Origin: Candidatus Nanosynbacter lyticus
Lineage (GTDB): Bacteria > Patescibacteriota > Saccharimonadia > Saccharimonadales > Saccharimonadaceae
NCBI RefSeq assembly: GCF_000803625.1
Contig: NZ_CP007496.1
Span: 1 to 32,000 of the forward strand
Direction: 5' to 3'
Length of the DNA stretch: 32,000 bases
Both the position numbers and the translations under genes were made by a program. Shown one piece after another: positions 1 to 8,611 of this stretch; position 1 is the first letter of the stretch, and each line of letters begins with the position of its first letter. Under the pieces are notes generated by a model. That model did no database searches and was not told the DNA's origin. It saw only the letters and a list, made by a program, of their open reading frames with translations.

Positions 1-1356
1 GTGGATAGTCATGCAGTTTGGCAGGGTGTATTAGGTGAAATTGAAGTAACTGTATCGTCATCATCTTTTACGGCGTGGTTTAAAAACACGAAACTAGAAA
101 TAATATCAGATAAAGAAATCTCAATAATTGCCCCAAATATTTTTGCTCGCACTCAACTCGAAAAGCGTTTTCACCCACAAATACTTGAAGCTTTATCTCA
201 TAACGGAATAAATTCTCCATCAATCTCCTACCATGTTGAATCCAGCAATAAAAAGCCTCGTATTAACCGTGAGATTACTAAAACCGAGAGTCAGGAATCG
301 TCAGCGCCGCTCATCTTACCATCAAAAAAATCTCATGCCAGTAATCTAAATCCTCGCTACACATTTGATAATTTCATCGTTGGCTCTAGTAACGACTTGG
401 CTTACGCTGCCTGTCAGGCCGTCGCCTCTCACCCCGGAGAAAAATATAACCCGCTTTATTTGTATGGTGGATCTGGACTTGGTAAAACTCACTTAATGCA
501 AGCGGTTGGTAATGAGATAATTAGAAAACAACCATCCGCCCGCGTACTATATATCACCACAGAAACTTTTGTGAATGAATTTCTTGACTCAATTCGCTTT
601 AAGAAAAAGGGTTTTTCGGATAAGTACCGCAATGTTGACGTCCTAATCGTTGATGATATGCAATTTATCGCCGGCAAAGAAAAAACTCAGGATGAATTCT
701 TCCATACGTTTAATGACCTTCATCAGAACAACAAACAGATAATTATTAGCTCCGATAAACCACCGAAGAGTATTCCAACCTTAACGGATCGTTTACGTAG
801 TCGCTTCGAATGGGGTATGGCAATTGATATTCAGATGCCAGATTATGAGACTCGTTGTGCCATAATCAAAGCGAAGGCTGAGCTCAGTAATACCGAATTA
901 GATTCTGATGTCGTAGAATACTTAGCAACTAACTTTAAAACAAATATTCGCGAATTAGAGGGCGCATTAAACCGGCTCTTAGCATATGCGGAAATGCAAA
1001 ACTTCACTCCAGACCTTATGGCAGCTGAGGGTATTTTAGGCGATATCAAGCGTAGCCGCCCACAACATGTCACCGCCAAGCAAATTATCGATAAGACTGC
1101 TCGCTATTATAATATCGACGTGAAAGATATGTGCTCGTCCAGGCGCGATAAGTTTATTGCCACACCGAGGCAAATTGCTATGTTCCTACTGCGCAGTGAG
1201 CTGAAAATGAGCTTCCCAAAAATTGCCCAAGAGCTTGGACGGAAGGACCACACGACCGCTATGCACTCAATTGAAAAAATTACTAAGGAAAGCCTTACCA
1301 ATGTAAGCATTCATGAACAAATTAATGATATTAAGGATAAATTATATGCTCATTAG
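1..1356 (+). CDS. dnaA: Chromosomal replication initiator protein DnaA (GTG start at base 1)
   Basis: 451-aa ORF with Walker A GGSGLGKTHL, Walker B VDVLIVDDMQF, and C-terminal DnaA-box-binding signature GRKDHTTAMHSIEKI. Confidence 0.97.
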   Translation: MDSHAVWQGVLGEIEVTVSSSSFTAWFKNTKLEIISDKEISIIAPNIFARTQLEKRFHPQILEALSHNGINSPSISYHVESSNKKPRINREITKTESQESSAPLILPSKKSHASNLNPRYTFDNFIVGSSNDLAYAACQAVASHPGEKYNPLYLYGGSGLGKTHLMQAVGNEIIRKQPSARVLYITTETFVNEFLDSIRFKKKGFSDKYRNVDVLIVDDMQFIAGKEKTQDEFFHTFNDLHQNNKQIIISSDKPPKSIPTLTDRLRSRFEWGMAIDIQMPDYETRCAIIKAKAELSNTELDSDVVEYLATNFKTNIRELEGALNRLLAYAEMQNFTPDLMAAEGILGDIKRSRPQHVTAKQIIDKTARYYNIDVKDMCSSRRDKFIATPRQIAMFLLRSELKMSFPKIAQELGRKDHTTAMHSIEKITKESLTNVSIHEQINDIKDKLYAH

Positions 1357-1601
1357 TTGTGGAAAAGCTGTGCAGACCCTGTGTTTTTTTGGCGGATTAC
1401 TAACACACAGATATGTGGAAAGAATGAATTACTATGTTAAGCAGTGGAATAGTAGAATAATATCCACCATAAAGCCCACAGCCAATACACAGAGTTTTCC
1501 ACCTATAAAATCAACCAACTACCTCTATCTGAATACATTTTTTACCCAGTTTCCACAATACCTATTACTATTAAGACTAATTAAAAATTAAGGAAAGTAT
1601 A
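1357..1601. promoter_or_regulatory. Candidate oriC: dnaA-dnaN intergenic region with DnaA-box-like 9-mers
   Basis: Variants of TTTTCCACA: TGTGGAAAA at 1358-1366 (reverse strand), TGTGGAAAG at 1414-1422 (reverse strand), TTTTCCACC at 1495-1503, GTTTCCACA at 1549-1557. AT-rich spacer between dnaA and dnaN. No perfect TTATCCACA seen. Confidence 0.6.
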
Positions 1602-2699
1602 ATGAAAGTATCGGTCACTCAAGAAAAACTTGCAAAAGCTCTTAATCTCATCAAAGACATTGCTTCAAGTCGTAATGAATTACCAATATTAAATAATATT
1701 TTACTATGTACTGATGGAGGCAGATTATTAATCGCTGGAACAAATTTGGAAATTGCCTCTACTCAATATATTGGTGCTAAAATTGATAAGCACGGCTCGA
1801 TTACCATCCCTGCTCGCTTGGTCTCAGAATTTATCTCAAACTTACCAAGCGGTACTGTTGAGCTTGAAGTCAAAAATGAGCATCTTCATATTACATCGGG
1901 TAAATTCTCATCAGTTATCAATGGTGTGGTGGCGGATGAGTATCCGGAATTACCAACAATTGACGAAAAAACTGCCATCCAATATGAAATCGATGTTGAA
2001 GATTTAAAGAAGGCGATAATTCAAACGAAAATTGCGGTTAGTTCTGATGTGACGCGGGCGGTTTTGACTGGTGTGTATTGGCATAATCACGAAGGCTCGT
2101 TATATCTGGCAGCTACTGATGGTTATCGATTGGCGGAAAAAAGACTAGCTAAGTCTAATGATGAAGTATCAGCTATTATCCCTGCTTCGACACTTTCAGA
2201 GGTAAGCAAGAGTGTTGGTGAAGAGAAAAAAATCACCGTTCTCTTTGATGAATCTCAAGTATGCTTCAGAACGGGAGATATGGAAATCGTTAGCCGGTTG
2301 ATTGACGGAAAATTCCCTGATTATCGTCAATTGATTCCGTCAAATTCAGAGACGGAAATCGTGATTAAAAAAGCTGATTTTAGTAGAGTGACAAAGATTG
2401 CAGCATTATTTGCGCGTGAATCTGGTGGCGGAATAACCGTGACCGCCTCAAAGGAAAACTCCCTATTATCTATCCACTCAATCGCATCTGAGCTAGGTGA
2501 AAACACCTCAGAAGCTTCGGCTTCTATATCAGCTGACGGTCAAGTAACACTTAATTCGCGCTATTTAACGGAAGTTCTGAATATTATTGATGCTGACGAA
2601 ATTACATTCTCGTTTAACGGTAAATTATCGCCATGTGTCATCCGAGAGCAGGTAAAAAACCCTGATTATACACACATTATTATGCCACTTAAGAGTTAG
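1602..2699 (+). CDS. dnaN: DNA polymerase III beta sliding clamp DnaN
   Basis: 365-aa ORF with the three-domain clamp pattern (SSRNELPILNNILL; LAATDGYRLAEKRL; C-terminal DYTHIIMPLK); AAGGAAAG Shine-Dalgarno upstream. Confidence 0.96.
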   Translation: MKVSVTQEKLAKALNLIKDIASSRNELPILNNILLCTDGGRLLIAGTNLEIASTQYIGAKIDKHGSITIPARLVSEFISNLPSGTVELEVKNEHLHITSGKFSSVINGVVADEYPELPTIDEKTAIQYEIDVEDLKKAIIQTKIAVSSDVTRAVLTGVYWHNHEGSLYLAATDGYRLAEKRLAKSNDEVSAIIPASTLSEVSKSVGEEKKITVLFDESQVCFRTGDMEIVSRLIDGKFPDYRQLIPSNSETEIVIKKADFSRVTKIAALFARESGGGITVTASKENSLLSIHSIASELGENTSEASASISADGQVTLNSRYLTEVLNIIDADEITFSFNGKLSPCVIREQVKNPDYTHIIMPLKS

Positions 2700-3336
2700 T
2701 GGAAAATGGTGATAACCTAGATGCTGCTTCGGATAAAATTTCTTCTGGAATATTTTTAGTATTATAAGTAGTATTGATTATTTGTGGTCTAGTTTTAATT
2801 GTCCATTTATTATTTTCTTTTTTTAATATGACAGTGTAGGCGTCTCCTGAATTTCTATCTATATCCTCTCTTTGATAGGTGGCGGCATACCAATCGATAT
2901 TCTTTCCTAATATAATTTCCTTTTTAAGTATGAAATATGATTTTAATTCTGGGTATTTAGTAAATAATACAGCTGAAATCTCATTTTTGTATTCGGCTAT
3001 TTTATTGGACATAAATTTCTTGCTGTAGCTGGTTTTTATAGATACATCCCTGTCTGATCCTTCGACTGTAAATTCTGTGTAATTTTCATTTATATGTCCA
3101 GACTTAGATGAGGTTTTAATTATATATTTGCCATCTGATAATTTTATTTTAGTATCTCCTGCTAACGATATAATTTCAGTGTTATTTTTTGCATTATTGC
3201 GATATATTTTAGCCGATAAGTCTGGTTTGTCGAAAAATATCGAAATAGTATAGGTTGGTTGAATGAAGAAAAAAGACAATAATAATAGTACGACTATTAT
3301 AGAACTTATTATTATAATAATATTTCTTCGATTCAT
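2689..3336 (-). CDS. Membrane-anchored (single N-terminal TM) extracytoplasmic protein, PEGA-like
   Basis: 215 aa, N-terminal hydrophobic segment NIIIIISSIIVVLLLLSFFFI, then a beta-rich region resembling PEGA domains; first gene of a tightly packed minus-strand set. Confidence 0.6.
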   Translation of the reverse strand: MNRRNIIIIISSIIVVLLLLSFFFIQPTYTISIFFDKPDLSAKIYRNNAKNNTEIISLAGDTKIKLSDGKYIIKTSSKSGHINENYTEFTVEGSDRDVSIKTSYSKKFMSNKIAEYKNEISAVLFTKYPELKSYFILKKEIILGKNIDWYAATYQREDIDRNSGDAYTVILKKENNKWTIKTRPQIINTTYNTKNIPEEILSEAASRLSPFSTNS

Positions 3337-3339
3337 AAA

Positions 3340-3948
3340 TTACTCCTTAAACACATTGGCATAATTTCTAAAAACAATATTTAGTTTTGATGGATCAAAT
3401 CCTTGTTCTTTAATTTTATTAATAGCAGCATTTCTATATCCTTCTATAGTATCGATCTCTACAATAATACCATTTGGGATATTTGGATCTACTCTATAGC
3501 CTATAGAGTATATTAGATTTTTGATAGGTAATTTTTTAATTATTGGATTTGCATCTTCTAATGCTTTTTGCTCGTCAACAAGTTTGTCTGTTGTAATTTT
3601 GTCTATTTCAGCGCCCCTAGAAGATGATTTTAACTCTTTAGTTGCCTCTTGAGTAATTGGAATAAGTGAAAATACTATCCTTAGTGGTTTATCTTTCTTT
3701 ACTTCTATATGAACGGTTTCGCTCTTAAAGCCATCTCTAGATGCTTTAAAATCATATATTCCTGGTTCTAGATATATAATTTGTGATCCGATAATTTTTT
3801 TATTTTCTACGGTAATTTCTGCTTTATTTGGTGAGACTAATAAAAATACTGGTACCGTATTAATTCTGGATGTATATATGACAATTCCGTAGGTTAATAT
3901 AATAAGTGATGATAAAAATAGTAATATACTAATTGTTCTTTTGTTCAT
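3340..3948 (-). CDS. PEGA-domain membrane-anchored protein
   Basis: 202 aa, N-terminal TM segment, then VFLLVSPNKAEITVENKKIIGSQIIYLEPGIYDFKASRDGFKSETVHIEVKKDKP, a PEGA-type surface repeat. Confidence 0.7.
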   Translation of the reverse strand: MNKRTISILLFLSSLIILTYGIVIYTSRINTVPVFLLVSPNKAEITVENKKIIGSQIIYLEPGIYDFKASRDGFKSETVHIEVKKDKPLRIVFSLIPITQEATKELKSSSRGAEIDKITTDKLVDEQKALEDANPIIKKLPIKNLIYSIGYRVDPNIPNGIIVEIDTIEGYRNAAINKIKEQGFDPSKLNIVFRNYANVFKE

Positions 3949-5162
3949 TATTTTTTCCTATACCAAGTTACACTTGGAGAAGTTAAACTTTCACCTCCTG
4001 CTTTTGGTGCATATTCGCATTGTGAAGCAGATGCTATTTTTGAATCAAAACCCTCTATATCGCCAACGTAAACAAAGGTATGTCCTGGGCTGTGTGCGAC
4101 ATCACCGGGTTTAAGATCTGCTATATTTATTGAGTTGCCAGCACCAAGATTTTGCCAGTTCTCTTCAGCCCAAGCACGCTGCGTGGCTGTCGGGCCAGCC
4201 TTACCGTTTTCGCCTCCGTAATTATAGTTCTTATCAAATCCACTGTCATTTAGTATCGTTGTCACAAAGGCACCACAGTCTACACCGCCCCCAAGACAAG
4301 AATCTCCAATGTATCTGTTCTCGCTTTTTGCCTTTTCTATAGCTTTTGCATATTCAGGTTTTTTATCTGTACGTACAGTTTTTTCTGGCCAGGCATAACG
4401 TTTGACATAGTCGATAAAGTCGCCGCCACTTGATGAAGAGCATCCTCCTCCGCTTCCGCCCGTACCATTGAATCTTTCATAAATCTTTTGAGCAGCAGCA
4501 CCACGTATATTTTTGACCTGCTCTTTAGTCATAGCTGATTTTTCAAAATCATCATGCCAAAAAATAGTAGCCTCCTCTACTGTTTTTAAGGTTTTTAGTA
4601 GCTCCCAAGAATTTGACGCAGTACCGAATCCAGAAGCTGTAACCGGTCTTTCCGTTCCTTCTTGAACCAGATACTCTAATTCGAAAATTAATAATTTATC
4701 GTTATCTTCTACAGGAATAGAGTCTATCATTCCTTTTTCGTTGGGTGCGCCACCATATTCTTGACTGTAATATTTTTTTAGATCGGATGGTATTTTATTA
4801 GCTATTAAAGTACGCCTTCCAAATGTCCATTGAGCAAGACCCCATCCTCCGGATTCCCATCCCTGTCCTACTTCATGCCTAGTAGGACTAAATCCTGACT
4901 CTGCTTGAATATTAGCCATCACACCAGCCGTTTGCTCTGCACTTAATCCGACATTACGCAAGTATCCCCAAATCTTTTCTTGATTGTCAGCTCCAGATAT
5001 ACCAGCAGACGAAGAATCGGAACATGTCGTGTCATTTTTATTAAACCATAAGATATTATTATTGATATATGTATTTGGATATCCTGCTGCATAAGAAATC
5101 GGCTGAACAGTAGATATAAATAATACGGCAATACAAATAGCAATGAATATTTTTTTATACAT
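3948..5162 (-). CDS. Secreted peptidoglycan hydrolase: phage-tail-lysozyme-like domain plus CHAP/NlpC-like cysteine peptidase domain
   Basis: ORF track gives 5186; internal start MYKKIF at 5162 has GAGGAA upstream and a signal-like peptide. IWGYLRNVGLSAEQTAGVMANIQAESGFSPTRHE...GGWGLAQWT resembles the phage tail lysozyme family; GGGVDCGAFVTTIL...LKPGDVAHSPGHTFVYVGDI has the Cys/His layout of NlpC/P60-CHAP. Confidence 0.75.
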   Translation of the reverse strand: MYKKIFIAICIAVLFISTVQPISYAAGYPNTYINNNILWFNKNDTTCSDSSSAGISGADNQEKIWGYLRNVGLSAEQTAGVMANIQAESGFSPTRHEVGQGWESGGWGLAQWTFGRRTLIANKIPSDLKKYYSQEYGGAPNEKGMIDSIPVEDNDKLLIFELEYLVQEGTERPVTASGFGTASNSWELLKTLKTVEEATIFWHDDFEKSAMTKEQVKNIRGAAAQKIYERFNGTGGSGGGCSSSSGGDFIDYVKRYAWPEKTVRTDKKPEYAKAIEKAKSENRYIGDSCLGGGVDCGAFVTTILNDSGFDKNYNYGGENGKAGPTATQRAWAEENWQNLGAGNSINIADLKPGDVAHSPGHTFVYVGDIEGFDSKIASASQCEYAPKAGGESLTSPSVTWYRKK

Positions 5163-5613
5163 CAGTCTGATTCCTCGCATATTCATTAACTATGTCCGTG
5201 GGTACGCCAGCTTGCTTTAGCGAATCTATCGTTTTTTCGCTATTGACTCCTGCAACGACTGTATTATCCTTAAAAATAGCATAAGAATCATAAGTGGAAT
5301 TAGTAATATGGCTAAAAATTGTCATTTTTATTAATTTAAATCCGCCCTGTTCTTTGACTAAGATATATTTTTTTAGTTCACGTTTTCCATACTTACTGGA
5401 AGTGGAATTAAGTAATTCAATGATAATATTCTGCTCAATTGGTTGTTGAGGGCTAGTCTTTTGGGTGGCTGATTTTTTACTGACGGTTTGCTCGGACGAT
5501 AAAATAGTGGTGTACTTACCTTTATCTGGATTTTTCGTGATAAAGAATACAACCAGAATATTTATGAAAAGCACGATAGATAATATTAGTATAGTTTTAT
5601 CTTCCCTATTCAT
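5155..5613 (-). CDS. Small bitopic membrane protein with extracytoplasmic domain
   Basis: The track ORF runs to 5748 but the MNREDKTILILS start (5613) or MFDMNRED (5622) fits the operon, as the longer version overlaps the upstream gene by >100 bp. N-terminal TM ILILSIVLFINILVVFFI. Confidence 0.6.
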   Translation of the reverse strand: MNREDKTILILSIVLFINILVVFFITKNPDKGKYTTILSSEQTVSKKSATQKTSPQQPIEQNIIIELLNSTSSKYGKRELKKYILVKEQGGFKLIKMTIFSHITNSTYDSYAIFKDNTVVAGVNSEKTIDSLKQAGVPTDIVNEYARNQTDV

Positions 5614-5614
5614 A

Positions 5615-8608
5615 TCAAACATTCCTTGCGTACTCCCAATGCCACGGTTCTGGTTTACTGCCACCCGGTTTTGCCCAAGCTGGGTGAACGTAGCCATATT
5701 TATGTGCGTTCGCTTCCAGCCATTTATAGACAGCAGATCCAGTTCCACCGACGTTAATATCTACTGCTAGACCCCAACCGTGATTTGATATGCATGGAGG
5801 AGCTGGTGCTGCCGCCCCGCCCTGGTATCGTGGATTACCTGGAGTGGAGTAAGCAATTTGCGTATCGCAGTCTCTATACGCTTCGTTAATAGTTAAATCA
5901 ACACCAGTCTCGGCTTTATAAGCTTTATTCATTTCTTCCATAGCCTTCGCAGCTTTTTTATGCATTTTATCGCTTGATGAGAATGATAATGCTTGCAATT
6001 CTGAGTCTGGTATTTTACCGTTTTCATGTCCGCCCCAACCTTTCTGTTGCGCCTCTTCTAATTGTGGCTCGCCAATTGCATCGCCATCGTCAGCATTTTG
6101 AGACTTAGCTGAGCTACCTCCGTCATTCTCTTCATCTTCACCGTTAACTGATTGAGCGACTTGGTAGTCAATTAAAAGTACCGACATTGCAGATAATTTT
6201 CTATCACTATAAGTCTTATTTCCATCACCTGTTCCAAATGATTCGTTGGTAATTGCCGAACCGTCGGTTGGGTCAGTAAGATTTTGTTGCTTAATTGTTC
6301 CTGAAGAAGTTGAGCTAGATGGCGCCGTACAGCCGCCACTCTTAAACCAGTATTCTCCGGTACTAGCGTCGCTACAATCGCTAATAAAGTCATGAAGCGG
6401 TGTGTTGCTGACAATATAGCCACTACCTACGAGATCTTCTATAGTCGCATTATCTGGAACGTCCTTACTGTTGTCTATCCACCCTTCTTCCTCAGCGATT
6501 TTTAGTGCTTCTTCAGTAGACATATTAGCCTGGTCTTTAGTGATACCTGTACATGGTAGACCTGCTAAGTTAATTGCCGGATCGTCGGGCGAGCCACTAC
6601 CCATGTTAAAATCTTTAGCGTAGCTACAATATTTTTCTGAATATATACCACTTGCTGCCTTCGTGGTTGATGAATAGGCTAATGCCATTGATGGTAGTCT
6701 AAAAATATTAGAGAGCATTGCTGCTGGAGTTCTATTGTATGTAGCGTTTGCCAGCATCATATTTCCCATATTATGAACTATGCTGCCTAAGAAGGTATAT
6801 TTACTGGAGATGTCAAATGGACTTAATGAGGCGATATCCATATCTTTTTGAAACTTTTCATTGGCTATCTTTATACTATTGAACTCTGCTAGCTGACTTC
6901 GTTTTAGTCCTGGTAGCATTTGCCTCATGGATCCATTTGAAAAGAATGCAGCCGCTCCTACACCAAGCGAATCTCCCAAATCTTTATATCTAGCATTACC
7001 TGGAGTTAAGAGACTTTCTGCTAGTTCTAAAAGTAAACTTTTGACCGCCTCACCAGCAACCCATCCTAATAAAGACGCTGCCACTTGCTTAATTGCAACT
7101 TTACCAACTGCACTCACTAAAAAACCCACTCCACCAGTTGCCCATCCTGCCGCTAATTCTGCTGCTGTAAACGCATACATGGTATATGGACTAAGGATAA
7201 AATCACATGCTGGGGCGGTTTCTTCCTTGAGTTTATTAATAGACTGGATAGCTGGATTAGATATGACTGAATATCCAGGAACATAATTTTTGGCAATAGC
7301 TGGCTTATTACTATTAATGCCCATTGAAGCAAGTAATACTGGTGAATCTAGGGCGGATCCCTCGGTGTTTTCGGAGCCTTTTATTTTTCCTCTTTCCGTT
7401 AACATCGTGCCGATTGTGTCCATCGCCTCTGGTGTAAATCCGCTACCAAAACCTGATGCTTTAGCTTGAGACCCAGGAGACAAGACAACTTCCATAACTA
7501 AGGTAAGCAAAGGTGCTAACTGAATGGCAGTAACCCCCGAAGCAATAATGTTTGGGATTTTTACAACCATACACCCACCGGCAGCAATGCCATAAGCTAG
7601 GCCACCTTTCCCTACTCTTTCACTAAGACCAGTTATGCGATTATTTATATGACCGCTTGCTTTATTACTATCGAATCTTGGTAGTTTTTTCTTAAATTTA
7701 TCAACCCGTTCTTTTATACCAAGCTTTTTATCAATTTTATTGGCGATTCCACCATTTCTCTTTAGGCCCATTTTGTTATACATCTTCTGCATATGCTTTC
7801 CAGTCCAGGCATGGAAACGCATATTAAATAGCCCGGTTCTCCCGTAGACTTTATTCCCTATTTTCCTATTTTCCGGCTTAATCAGCTCATCTTTTAGTCT
7901 AGAGGCTTCAATCGGCTTGCCATTATTAATTCCTTCAACTTTATAATGTGAAGGATTCTTATCTGGGTATCCAGTTTTCTTTAGACTTATTTCACTGCCA
8001 TCCGCATTAACTGGTTTAATCCCTTGTTTTGATAGTTTTGATAGAGCTCTATTTGAGATTCTTCCCATTTTACAGCGCATTCCTTTTTTGCCTTGGCAAA
8101 TTCCTGCATTATCTTCGTTGCTAAAAACTCGATTAAAGTATTTTTTTAGACGGTGTTCCTTTACTGTTGAAGCTGAATCATTAGTCCCCGTCATATTTTC
8201 GACCATACTTGTCAGCATATTTATTGGGCTAGAAATAGTACCAAATATTCCGGCAATTAATCCCAATATTGCAGTGATTACTGCAATCGGTCCACGTTTT
8301 TTCAGTAAGGATTTAAATGTAACTGGACTTTTCTTTTTATGTTTACCAGACGGCTGATAAAAACCGTTATTAGGCACGGAAGATTCTCGCCCATTGACTG
8401 CTTCACTGGCGGAGTCATTTTGGTCGGGGTCAAGTTGATAATCCTTATTATCAAATTGAGACTCAAGGTCGTTTAAGACATCCTTTTCGCGAGCACTTAA
8501 TTCCGAACCGCTATCAAGTCCAGCTGAGATTTGATCGAACCTAGCCTGCTCGGCAGGATTTAATCTACTGTCAGTCTCGGAATCTGTCGTATAGTCAACT
8601 CGCGCCAT
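5615..8608 (-). CDS. Large multidomain membrane protein with C-terminal M15-family (VanY-like) D-Ala-D-Ala carboxypeptidase-like domain
   Basis: 997 aa; hydrophobic segments (GPIAVITAILGLIAGIFG, AIQLAPLLTLVMEVVL, MYAFTAAELAAGWATGGVGFLVSAVGKVAI); C-terminus INEAYRDCDTQIAYSTPG...CISNHGWGLAVDINV...EPWHWEYARNV matches M15 zinc-ligand layout (HxxxxxxD ... WHWE). Confidence 0.8.
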   Translation of the reverse strand: MARVDYTTDSETDSRLNPAEQARFDQISAGLDSGSELSAREKDVLNDLESQFDNKDYQLDPDQNDSASEAVNGRESSVPNNGFYQPSGKHKKKSPVTFKSLLKKRGPIAVITAILGLIAGIFGTISSPINMLTSMVENMTGTNDSASTVKEHRLKKYFNRVFSNEDNAGICQGKKGMRCKMGRISNRALSKLSKQGIKPVNADGSEISLKKTGYPDKNPSHYKVEGINNGKPIEASRLKDELIKPENRKIGNKVYGRTGLFNMRFHAWTGKHMQKMYNKMGLKRNGGIANKIDKKLGIKERVDKFKKKLPRFDSNKASGHINNRITGLSERVGKGGLAYGIAAGGCMVVKIPNIIASGVTAIQLAPLLTLVMEVVLSPGSQAKASGFGSGFTPEAMDTIGTMLTERGKIKGSENTEGSALDSPVLLASMGINSNKPAIAKNYVPGYSVISNPAIQSINKLKEETAPACDFILSPYTMYAFTAAELAAGWATGGVGFLVSAVGKVAIKQVAASLLGWVAGEAVKSLLLELAESLLTPGNARYKDLGDSLGVGAAAFFSNGSMRQMLPGLKRSQLAEFNSIKIANEKFQKDMDIASLSPFDISSKYTFLGSIVHNMGNMMLANATYNRTPAAMLSNIFRLPSMALAYSSTTKAASGIYSEKYCSYAKDFNMGSGSPDDPAINLAGLPCTGITKDQANMSTEEALKIAEEEGWIDNSKDVPDNATIEDLVGSGYIVSNTPLHDFISDCSDASTGEYWFKSGGCTAPSSSTSSGTIKQQNLTDPTDGSAITNESFGTGDGNKTYSDRKLSAMSVLLIDYQVAQSVNGEDEENDGGSSAKSQNADDGDAIGEPQLEEAQQKGWGGHENGKIPDSELQALSFSSSDKMHKKAAKAMEEMNKAYKAETGVDLTINEAYRDCDTQIAYSTPGNPRYQGGAAAPAPPCISNHGWGLAVDINVGGTGSAVYKWLEANAHKYGYVHPAWAKPGGSKPEPWHWEYARNV

Positions 8609-8611
8609 CTT

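Noticed and set aside
1313-1591. 92-aa ORF spanning the dnaA end and intergenic region
   Set aside because: Overlaps dnaA and fills the candidate oriC; composition shows no protein-like domain and no ribosome-binding site was apparent.
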